This document shows positions 1-7,982 of a stretch of 64,000 nt of DNA, piece by piece (within the stretch, counting starts at the first letter, position 1; each line of letters starts with the position of its first letter). This DNA comes from Bdellovibrio sp. (lineage in GTDB: Bacteria > Bdellovibrionota > Bdellovibrionia > Bdellovibrionales > Bdellovibrionaceae), in assembly GCA_036677065.1 (NCBI GenBank), contig JAKFBS010000003.1, forward strand, positions 32,001 through 96,000. The letters are read 5' to 3'. The position numbers and the translations under genes are program-made. The notes beneath the pieces were generated by a model that saw nothing but the letters and a program-made list of their open reading frames with translations, was not told the DNA's origin and made no database searches.

Positions 1-1806
1 AGAGCTAGCCTTCGGTAAAGTCATGCGCATGGCGACCCACGAGGCGTTTGGTTCGGTTAATTCAACTTGAAAACCTTGATCTATTAAGGACTTATGAATC
101 ACTAAGAAGTAAATATTCTTGTTTTTTTGTTCATCGTTAAGCGGGCCTATATTGGATTGCAGGTCTAAATAGAAGTTGATTTGGTCTTGGGAAAATTTGA
201 CCTCGATCAGACCCGTCTGCGTATTCTTCTGTAAACGCACCCGTCTTAGACCTTCAATAAAAAAGTTAAAAATTAAATTGAGCGAATCACGAAAGTTCGA
301 ACGGTTAACGGTGATGGCCTCATCCAGCTGTTCTAACTGTTGCACAACTTTGATATTTTCGATTTTAAAAGACAGTTCATTCATCTTTAGCGATTCGGTT
401 AATAAATCTTTTAATAAAATCGTTTCTTTTTCCTGGGTGCCCGGTCTGCGCGAAAAGATTAATAGGTTTTCGATAATCTGCTTCATGCGCTGGGCGGCCA
501 TATTCATATCTTTTAATTCGCCGTGCAGATAGTGATCTTTGGCCAGTTCCATTTGCAGGATCTGAATGTATGAAATAATTCCACCTAGGGGATTATTTAA
601 TTCATGGGCGATAGAGCTTGAAATTAATCCAAGTTCTTTCATTTTAGCCGTCTGGCTTAGGCGCTGCTCAAGCATTTTATCTTCGGTGATATCAACATAA
701 AAATGCACCCAATGGCTATTGCGGTCTTCATAGCCTGCTAGGCGCTGTGATTGCACATTGTGATAGGTAGTGCTGTTTTCATTTTGATTTTGCACCTGAA
801 AATTAGTGCCGAATTTACAGTCCACACACGGTGATTCGCGGTTAAACATCACCTGATAGCACTTAGGATTGTCAGTGGCCGCAGGGTAGCTATGAAAGGC
901 TTTATTTGATTCTAGAATATTATATTCCTTATCAACAACTAACAGCGGGTAAACGGTCGAATTAAAAGCAGTAGAAACAATTTTTTCTAAATGCTGTTGT
1001 TGGCTTAAAGATTGTGATTTTAACAAATTAAAATGCAGGGCATCTGAAACTTTGCCAAACATTTCATTATCAGAACTGCGAAACGGGCGGTTATTACCCT
1101 TCATGAAATAAATTAAATAATTCGAACACTGTTTTTTGGCGAAAAAGTTTGGCAGCTGAGCTTGTAAGTCTTTTTCAAAGTTTTCGGCTAGGTAATCAGG
1201 AATAATTTTAATCCATGTCGCGGCTGTCGATTGCGGTAACAGTTCGTTTAAAAGTGTTTCGATACGAGTGACATCATTTTCTTCAGATAAGCTGAATAAA
1301 ATTTTACGCAACGATTCGATACGGTTATTCACTTCTAAAATCTTTTGCCGGCGATCGATCAGCTCTTGTTGATCCTGAAAAATTTGTTGGCGCAAAGCAG
1401 CCTTGGTCTGTTGATCTTGGTCGATTAACTCAGACGTTAAACGTTTTTTGGCTTCGTCTTGTCTTTTTTGATCAAGATTTTCTAACTGGTTAAAAACAAT
1501 TTTTTCGGTCAGTTCAACGGCAAGTAAAATCTGGTCAGGCTGAAACTGATTATATAAATCAGCAGGAATTTCGTTTTTTGCATCATCAAAAATTAGATAA
1601 CAATAATTAAATTGAATCTGCGCACGCATTTTTGCAAGTTCTGGCAACTGGTTATGGCCCACAATTAAAATATCAGTAAAGACTTTGTGATCGACCGATT
1701 TTAAATAAGGCGAATCTAATAATGAGTAAGCGAATCCATCTTGGATTAAACCATCGAGTGTGTGATTTGGCGATGCTACGGCAACACGACACTCTAAAGT
1801 TGGCAT
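1..1806 (-). CDS. Sensor histidine kinase-like protein (PAS-like + HisKA + degenerate HATPase), 3' end beyond window start
   Basis: Not in the ORF track; hand-translated at both ends and in several internal blocks. ATG at 1806 (MPTLECRVAVASP...), frame open at base 1. H-box LGLISSSIAHELNNPLGGI; Cys-bearing PAS-like segment KCYQVMFNRESPCVDC. Confidence 0.8.
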   Translation of the reverse strand, partial: MPTLECRVAVASPNHTLDGLIQDGFAYSLLDSPYLKSVDHKVFTDILIVGHNQLPELAKMRAQIQFNYCYLIFDDAKNEIPADLYNQFQPDQILLAVELTEKIVFNQLENLDQKRQDEAKKRLTSELIDQDQQTKAALRQQIFQDQQELIDRRQKILEVNNRIESLRKILFSLSEENDVTRIETLLNELLPQSTAATWIKIIPDYLAENFEKDLQAQLPNFFAKKQCSNYLIYFMKGNNRPFRSSDNEMFGKVSDALHFNLLKSQSLSQQQHLEKIVSTAFNSTVYPLLVVDKEYNILESNKAFHSYPAATDNPKCYQVMFNRESPCVDCKFGTNFQVQNQNENSTTYHNVQSQRLAGYEDRNSHWVHFYVDITEDKMLEQRLSQTAKMKELGLISSSIAHELNNPLGGIISYIQILQMELAKDHYLHGELKDMNMAAQRMKQIIENLLIFSRRPGTQEKETILLKDLLTESLKMNELSFKIENIKVVQQLEQLDEAITVNRSNFRDSLNLIFNFFIEGLRRVRLQKNTQTGLIEVKFSQDQINFYLDLQSNIGPLNDEQKNKNIYFLVIHKSLIDQGFQVELTEPNASWVAMRMTLPKASS

Positions 1807-2474
1807 GCGGCGATCAGCTCCTGATGAGTTTTAACATGAAAGTGCGGTTGAAATTCGGGCTCTTTAGGAACCGCTCCGCGGTCTTCGCCAAATTCAAAAT
1901 AACAAGCCCAAGCGCCAATTTGACGGGCATCTTTTATTTCTGAAGCCAGTGAATTGCCAATGCAAAGTAATTCATCGGGTTTAATATTTTCATCATTTAA
2001 AATCATTTTAAAAGCGGTAAACTTTTTTTCTGCAATTAAACTATTAACCACAAAGATTTTTTTAAAATAATCAGCAATGCCTAAACTTTTTATTTTCGCC
2101 GATTGGGCGTCCTGAAAACCTGCTGTGACTAAATACAAATTATATTTTTTGCTTAAAACATCAAGATTGGCCAATGCGCCGGGCAAAAGATCTAACTTTT
2201 CAGGAAGGCGCGGATGATAAAAAGCCCGGTTAGCAAGTTCAACGGCGGCTTGTGTAGCAGCTGTGCCATGTTCGTGCGCTAATTTTTTAAAGACATCTTT
2301 GTGCGAAATCGTGCGGATCAAAGACAGGCGCTGTTCTTCACAGGTTTTTAAATCTAGACGAAGACCTGCATCGATCAGAATCTGAAATGCATCCTGCGAG
2401 GCCTGGGGGACCAGTAATCCCGTAGTGTCCAGTAAGGTGTCATCTAAATCAAAAGCTATAGAGTGAATGGGCAT
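1794..2474 (-). CDS. HAD-superfamily hydrolase
   Basis: Motif I FDLDDTL; motif IV-like IGNSLASEI. Confidence 0.85.
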   Translation of the reverse strand: MPIHSIAFDLDDTLLDTTGLLVPQASQDAFQILIDAGLRLDLKTCEEQRLSLIRTISHKDVFKKLAHEHGTAATQAAVELANRAFYHPRLPEKLDLLPGALANLDVLSKKYNLYLVTAGFQDAQSAKIKSLGIADYFKKIFVVNSLIAEKKFTAFKMILNDENIKPDELLCIGNSLASEIKDARQIGAWACYFEFGEDRGAVPKEPEFQPHFHVKTHQELIAACQL

Positions 2475-2575
2475 ACGTTAACTGTGCCTGCAAAGTCACT
2501 ATTTGCCTAGAGCTAAAAAGAAATTGGCTGACGAATAGCGCCGAAATAAATATGATATTAATTGATGAGGATTCT

Positions 2576-3952
2576 ATGACTAAAACGACTGCAATTATTT
2601 TAGCTGGCGGCCAAGGCACGCGTATGAAAAGCCCTTTACCAAAGGTGCTGCACCCAGTTTCGGGTCAACCTATGATCATTCGTATTGTTACCCAGTGTGC
2701 AAAAGCCGAAATCGAAGAAGTTCGAATCGTTGTTGGCCACGGGCAAGGTTTAGTCAAATCAGTTGTTGAGCCGTTAGGTGTAGCTACTTATGTGCAAGAA
2801 AAACAATTAGGTACAGGCGACGCCGTTAAATCTGCATATGTTGACTCAATCGAAGGTGATGTTGTTATTTTAAATGGCGACCATCCCTTGATTACTGCTG
2901 AAGATATTAAAGGCTTTCTTTCAGATTTTCGTGAACGCCAGTTAGATTTAGCAGTTGTTTCGGTTGAATTAGATAATGCTAAAGAATTTGGCCGTATCGT
3001 AAGGCAGAATAACCAACTTAAAGCTATCGTTGAAGCAAAAGACGCTTCAGCTGAAACTTTAAAAATTAAAGAAGTAAATACCGGAATGTACGTTGTGAAA
3101 GCGGCATTGCTGAAAAAGTTTTTACCACAAATTAAAAATAATAATTCAAAAGGCGAATTTTATTTAACCGATTTAATTTCTATCGCGTTAGATAATAACT
3201 GCAAAGTGGATGCTGTCGTGACTAAGAATAAACACGTAGCCCACGGGGTGAACAATCAAACCGAATTAGCTGAAGCTACAAAGTATGTTTATTTACAAAA
3301 GTGCCAACAGCTTTTAGATAACGGCGTAATAATCATTGATCCAAATTCAACTTACATCGAAGAAACTGTCGTTGTGGGTGCTGGCAGTGTGATCTATCCG
3401 AATGTTTTTATTCGCGGTAAAACAGCGATTGGCCCTTTCTGCGTAATTGAACCAAATGTTTTTATAAACGAAGCCATTATTCAAGACGGCGTGCAAATTA
3501 AAGCGGGCACTTACATTGAACAAGCGGTCATTAAATCGCAGGCAAAACTTGGACCTTACGCCCGCATTCGCCCCGATTCTACAATCGGCGAACACGCGCA
3601 TATCGGTAATTTCGTTGAACTTAAAAAAGTAAACTTCGGCAAAAATTCAAAAGCAGGGCATTTAACATACCTTGGCGATGCGGATATTGGCGAAGATGTA
3701 AACATCGGTTGTGGCACAATTACCTGTAACTACGCAGCAGATAAGAAAAAATATAAGACGGTCATAAAAGACCGTGTCTTTGTGGGAAGTGATTCTCAAT
3801 TAGTGGCTCCGGTTGAAGTTGGGGCTGATGCGATTATTGCATCCGGCACGACGGTTACGAAAAACGTACCTGAAGGAGCTCTGGCTATCGGTCGCACGAA
3901 GCAAGAGAACAAAGAAGGCTACGCAGTAAAATTTAAAAGTAAAAAGGATTAA
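2576..3952 (+). CDS. glmU: Bifunctional UDP-GlcNAc pyrophosphorylase / glucosamine-1-phosphate acetyltransferase
   Basis: ILAGGQGTRMKS..PKVLH, GNFVELKK, hexapeptide repeats. Start chosen at ATG 2576 behind a GAGG RBS. Confidence 0.97.
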   Translation: MTKTTAIILAGGQGTRMKSPLPKVLHPVSGQPMIIRIVTQCAKAEIEEVRIVVGHGQGLVKSVVEPLGVATYVQEKQLGTGDAVKSAYVDSIEGDVVILNGDHPLITAEDIKGFLSDFRERQLDLAVVSVELDNAKEFGRIVRQNNQLKAIVEAKDASAETLKIKEVNTGMYVVKAALLKKFLPQIKNNNSKGEFYLTDLISIALDNNCKVDAVVTKNKHVAHGVNNQTELAEATKYVYLQKCQQLLDNGVIIIDPNSTYIEETVVVGAGSVIYPNVFIRGKTAIGPFCVIEPNVFINEAIIQDGVQIKAGTYIEQAVIKSQAKLGPYARIRPDSTIGEHAHIGNFVELKKVNFGKNSKAGHLTYLGDADIGEDVNIGCGTITCNYAADKKKYKTVIKDRVFVGSDSQLVAPVEVGADAIIASGTTVTKNVPEGALAIGRTKQENKEGYAVKFKSKKD

Positions 3953-3958
3953 TTCGCT

Positions 3959-5791
3959 ATGTGTGGAATCGTTGGTTACTTAGGGCCGCAAGAACCTAAA
4001 AAAATTATTATTGATGGCTTAAAAAAACTTGAATACCGTGGCTACGACAGTGCTGGTATCGCTGTTATTCATGACGGCAAAACAAAACGTGTGCGCGCCC
4101 AAGGTAAATTAAAAAACTTAGAAGAAAAAATTCAATCTGAAGCCTTCAACGGTCACTTAGGTATCGGTCACACGCGTTGGGCGACTCACGGTGCACCCAA
4201 TGAACGTAATGCCCATCCTCACCAAGCTGGCGAGATCAGTCTGGTGCATAACGGGATTATCGAAAACTATTTAGAAATCAAAGCTGAGCTTATTAAAAAA
4301 GGCACAGAAATTAAATCTGACACTGATTCTGAATTAGTAGCGCATTTAATCTGGGAAGATATTCAAAAAACCCAAAACTTACTTCAGTCAGTTAAAAACA
4401 CATTAGATAAAATTGTCGGCGCGTTCTCGATTTTAGTGATGTGGGAAAAATCTCCGAACGAATTAATCGCTTTTAAAGACGGCCCGCCATTAATCGCGGG
4501 TATCGGCGAAAAAGAACATTTCATAGTTTCTGATGTGCAAGCAGCTATTAAGTACACAAAAAAATTCGTTTATTTAAATGACCGCGAAATCGTGCACATC
4601 AATGGCACTGACATTAAATTTTTAAGCGCTCAAGGTGAAGAGATCAAAAAAGAGATCGTCACTGTTGACTGGTCAGAAGATCAAGTTGAAAAAGCAGGCT
4701 TTAAACACTTCATGTTAAAAGAAATTTACGAACAGCCGCGCGCTGTCGCGCAAGCGATTGCTCCGTTTATCGATACCGACACACATTCTGTTCATTTAAA
4801 AAATATCGGTTATGAAACTGCAGAAATGTATAAAAAAATCGATCGCGTATTTTTCATTGCCTGCGGAACAAGTTATTACGCAGCCATGGTAGGTAAATAC
4901 CTGATCGAACAAATCGCAAAAATTCCGGTTGAAACAGATATCGCTTCTGAATTTAGATACCGTAAACCAATTTTGCCACCGAACACTTTAGTGATCACTA
5001 TTTCACAAAGTGGTGAAACGGCAGATACTTTAGCTGCAGTTCGATTAGCCAAAGAATTTGGGGCGCAAACTTTATCAATCACGAATGTGGCGCAATCTTC
5101 AATTGACCGCGAAGCTTTAGGTCATATGTACATGAACACAGGCGTTGAAGTCGGTGTAGCCAGCACTAAAGCTTTCTCAAGCACGTTATCGTTATTAAAT
5201 ATCTTAGCGGTGCAAATCGCTAAAGCTCGTGGCGGAATCACTGTTGCAGACGAGAAACAAATTGTTGAAAGTTTATTGGCCGTACCAAGCCAAATGGAAA
5301 CCGTACTGGCTTATGATAAATACTTTAACGAAGCTGCCATTAAGCTTCGTGAATTTAAAGGCTTTTTATTCTTAGGCCGCGGCGTAAGTTTTCCGATCGC
5401 TTTAGAAGGCGCTTTAAAGCTTAAAGAATTAGCTTATATGCACGCCGAAGGTTACGCCGCAGGCGAAATGAAGCATGGGCCCTTAGCGCTGATTGATAAA
5501 GACATGGCCATTGTGGTTGTCGCACCAAGTGATGATCTGATTGATAAAACGATCAGTAATTTACAAGAAGCTAAAGCCCGTGGCGGAAAAATCATTTCTA
5601 TCGGTACTGGTGAAAACGAAGGTTTAAAATCAATGAGTGAATTTTATCTTTCGCTTCCGAAAGCGTTATGGACAACAAATCCATTAATCGCGGTCGTGCC
5701 ATTGCAATTGATGGCTTACCACTTAGCAGATCATTTGGGTTATGATGTGGATCAACCTAGAAATCTCGCGAAGTCGGTAACGGTTGAGTAA
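3959..5791 (+). CDS. glmS: Glutamine-fructose-6-phosphate aminotransferase
   Basis: N-terminal MCGIVG, GHTRWATHG, C-terminal PRNLAKSVTVE. Confidence 0.98.
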   Translation: MCGIVGYLGPQEPKKIIIDGLKKLEYRGYDSAGIAVIHDGKTKRVRAQGKLKNLEEKIQSEAFNGHLGIGHTRWATHGAPNERNAHPHQAGEISLVHNGIIENYLEIKAELIKKGTEIKSDTDSELVAHLIWEDIQKTQNLLQSVKNTLDKIVGAFSILVMWEKSPNELIAFKDGPPLIAGIGEKEHFIVSDVQAAIKYTKKFVYLNDREIVHINGTDIKFLSAQGEEIKKEIVTVDWSEDQVEKAGFKHFMLKEIYEQPRAVAQAIAPFIDTDTHSVHLKNIGYETAEMYKKIDRVFFIACGTSYYAAMVGKYLIEQIAKIPVETDIASEFRYRKPILPPNTLVITISQSGETADTLAAVRLAKEFGAQTLSITNVAQSSIDREALGHMYMNTGVEVGVASTKAFSSTLSLLNILAVQIAKARGGITVADEKQIVESLLAVPSQMETVLAYDKYFNEAAIKLREFKGFLFLGRGVSFPIALEGALKLKELAYMHAEGYAAGEMKHGPLALIDKDMAIVVVAPSDDLIDKTISNLQEAKARGGKIISIGTGENEGLKSMSEFYLSLPKALWTTNPLIAVVPLQLMAYHLADHLGYDVDQPRNLAKSVTVE

Positions 5792-7094
5792 AATGATGAG
5801 TTAAAGCCTCGTGGTAAGTCAGAACGTTTTCGATAAAATCGACCGTTTCTTCACCACGGGCTAAACCATAAAGAAAAATATCCAAATTTTCTTCATTCGA
5901 TAATTCAGGCAATAAAATCTTTAAATTCTTCCAGCGATACGGGTCGATATTACGAACTTTCGCCAGTCGGTGAATATCACGCAAATGGGCATATCCCGCA
6001 TTATAAGAAGCTAAGGCTTGGATCCAGCGTTCAAAGCGAGTGATTCGTGCAGGCATTTTGTCATACAAGTACTGCATGTAAAATGATCCACCCTGAATGC
6101 TTTGAATCGGGTCTTCACGATCTGTCACACCTAAGTGTTGAGCCGTAGCCGAGGTCAGCTGCATAAAGCCTTTAACACCGGTATAGCTTGTAGCATCTGG
6201 TTCCCAGCGTGACTCTTGATAGGCCACGGCGGCGATCAATAACCAAGGTACCTGATATTTTTCAGAATATTTTTGAAAATACTTTTTCCACAGCGGAAGT
6301 TTAGTTTTAATGTCGTTTTTGAATTGTTTATATTCTAATAACGACATCTTGTAAAACGGAGCATCGTATTGGTCTTTGAAGCGCACCATCTTGTTTTCGC
6401 GAATTAATTTTTGAAACCAGATCTGCACTAACTTATTAAGATCATCGGCATCTTTATTGATTAACCAGGCTAACGGGTAAATGTTTTCGCTGGTCCAGGC
6501 TTTAGCATATTTTCTATTTTCAACCTGGCTGGTTTTATTAAATTTACTTTCAGCCAGAAAACAAGAATTTTTAGTCTGAAATGATTGTTCAGCGATCGCT
6601 TCAAAAGTGTTATCGACCAAAGTGATACGATCATACAATTCAGGCGCCGCCACCATAAGTTCTGCTAAAACAAATTCTAACTTTGCCGGTACTAAAACCT
6701 GCGAGATATTTTCAGATTTTTTACAAAATAAAGAAATTTGTAAATCATCATACGCAGGGCTTTGTAACGAAAAAGAACGGGTGTGGCGAGAAGATGTGCG
6801 CGTGATCACCATGTCGATTTTTTTATTTTCGAAATCAGAATTTAAACTTTCAAATGATGTGTACGATGTGATTTCAACTTTTAAACCATAATCTTTGATA
6901 AATGATTTTACTAAAGCTTCGTCGATGCTTTGGCCTTTGCGGTCTTTGTGAAGACCGATTTTTACAGTCGCAGCCGAAACGCTAGAGGCTGCTTTTGTTT
7001 CATTTAAATAAACCCCATGACAACCGTTGGTTATAAAAATAACCAGTGTCAAAAAGAACAGCAGAAGTGTGAAGGCCAATGATTTAATCTTCAT
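5757..7094 (-). CDS. mltF: MltF-like lytic transglycosylase (substrate-binding-protein domain + SLT domain)
   Basis: AAVAYQESRW, GFMQLT, ASYNAGYAHLRD, ARGEETVDFI; N-terminal hydrophobic signal. Confidence 0.85.
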   Translation of the reverse strand: MKIKSLAFTLLLFFLTLVIFITNGCHGVYLNETKAASSVSAATVKIGLHKDRKGQSIDEALVKSFIKDYGLKVEITSYTSFESLNSDFENKKIDMVITRTSSRHTRSFSLQSPAYDDLQISLFCKKSENISQVLVPAKLEFVLAELMVAAPELYDRITLVDNTFEAIAEQSFQTKNSCFLAESKFNKTSQVENRKYAKAWTSENIYPLAWLINKDADDLNKLVQIWFQKLIRENKMVRFKDQYDAPFYKMSLLEYKQFKNDIKTKLPLWKKYFQKYSEKYQVPWLLIAAVAYQESRWEPDATSYTGVKGFMQLTSATAQHLGVTDREDPIQSIQGGSFYMQYLYDKMPARITRFERWIQALASYNAGYAHLRDIHRLAKVRNIDPYRWKNLKILLPELSNEENLDIFLYGLARGEETVDFIENVLTYHEALTHHFTQPLPTSRDF

Positions 7095-7168
7095 TAATAG
7101 GCAGTTTTTAGACCAATTCTGTCTCGATAGGCACGCTGAAAAATTACAAAATACAAATGTTGCTTATA

Positions 7169-7185
7169 TTGGCACTCAAGTAGCC
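7169..7185 (+). promoter_or_regulatory. Candidate sigma54 (-24/-12) promoter upstream of tdk
   Basis: TTGGCACTCAAGTAGC: GG-N10-GC with a TGGCAC -24 box. Confidence 0.4.
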
Positions 7186-7265
7186 TATAGGCATTCTCAC
7201 TGATTTTCAGACACATCGTGCAAAAATTTCCTTCTGGAAACTTCGAAAATTACCTGTGAGAATTT

Positions 7266-7280
7266 GGGTATCGGTCACGA
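7266..7280 (+). repeat. Copy of the GGGGGTATCGGTCAC REP-like repeat
   Basis: GGGTATCGGTCACGA is the exact reverse complement of 15474-15488. Confidence 0.7.
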
Positions 7281-7290
7281 GGGGAATACC

Positions 7291-7899
7291 ATGCAATTAG
7301 GTTGGATTGAAGTTATCGCGGGTTCTATGTACAGCGGAAAAACAGAAGAATTAATTAAACGTGTTCGTCGCGCGCAATTCGCCAAACAAAAAACGCAAGT
7401 TTTCAAACCCGCTTTAGATAACCGTTATCATGAAACCAATGTTTCTTCGCATGATCAAAATCAAATGAATGCGATTCCGTTAAAATCGATTCACGATGTG
7501 TGGGATCACCTGCATGCAGATACGCAAGTTGTAGGTTTTGACGAGGGCCAATTTTTATCTCAGGATTTCATCATTATCGCTAAAGACCTTGCGGCGCGCG
7601 GCTTGCGCGTGATTATTGCAGGCCTTGATATGGATTGGAAGGGTCAGCCCTTTGAACCAATTCCAACCCTTATGGCCATTGCTGAAGATGTCTCTAAGCC
7701 AAGAGCAATTTGTACAGTTTGTGGCAACCTTGCTTCATACACACAAAAACTTCGCGGCAGCTCTTCGCAAATTGAAATCGGTTCGCAAGATAACTACGAG
7801 GCGCGTTGTCGCCAACACTTTAGTCCAGTGTTAATCTGTGCTGACACAACTGTAGTCATACCAAAGTCTAGCTTTGGAACAGACATTGGGCTTGGTTAA
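7291..7899 (+). CDS. tdk: Thymidine kinase
   Basis: GSMYSGKTEEL, FDEGQF, zinc-binding CxxC...YEARCRQH. Confidence 0.95.
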   Translation: MQLGWIEVIAGSMYSGKTEELIKRVRRAQFAKQKTQVFKPALDNRYHETNVSSHDQNQMNAIPLKSIHDVWDHLHADTQVVGFDEGQFLSQDFIIIAKDLAARGLRVIIAGLDMDWKGQPFEPIPTLMAIAEDVSKPRAICTVCGNLASYTQKLRGSSSQIEIGSQDNYEARCRQHFSPVLICADTTVVIPKSSFGTDIGLG

Positions 7900-7982
7900 A
7901 AGAAATTGTCTTTAAACATTCAAACGTTGTTCTAGAATAAAAAAGTCTGCTTATTATTTTATAAGACAAGGGGATTTTTATT

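Noticed and set aside
176..532. Plus-strand 118-aa ORF and other short antisense ORFs in the track
   Set aside because: Shadows of well-supported genes on the other strand or frame; no motifs or RBS.
3953..3958. glmS ribozyme
   Set aside because: Only 6 nt separate glmU and glmS.
4160..4171. GGTATCGGTCAC inside glmS matches the repeat core
   Set aside because: It encodes the conserved GIGH of GlmS and lacks the G-tail; most likely coincidence.
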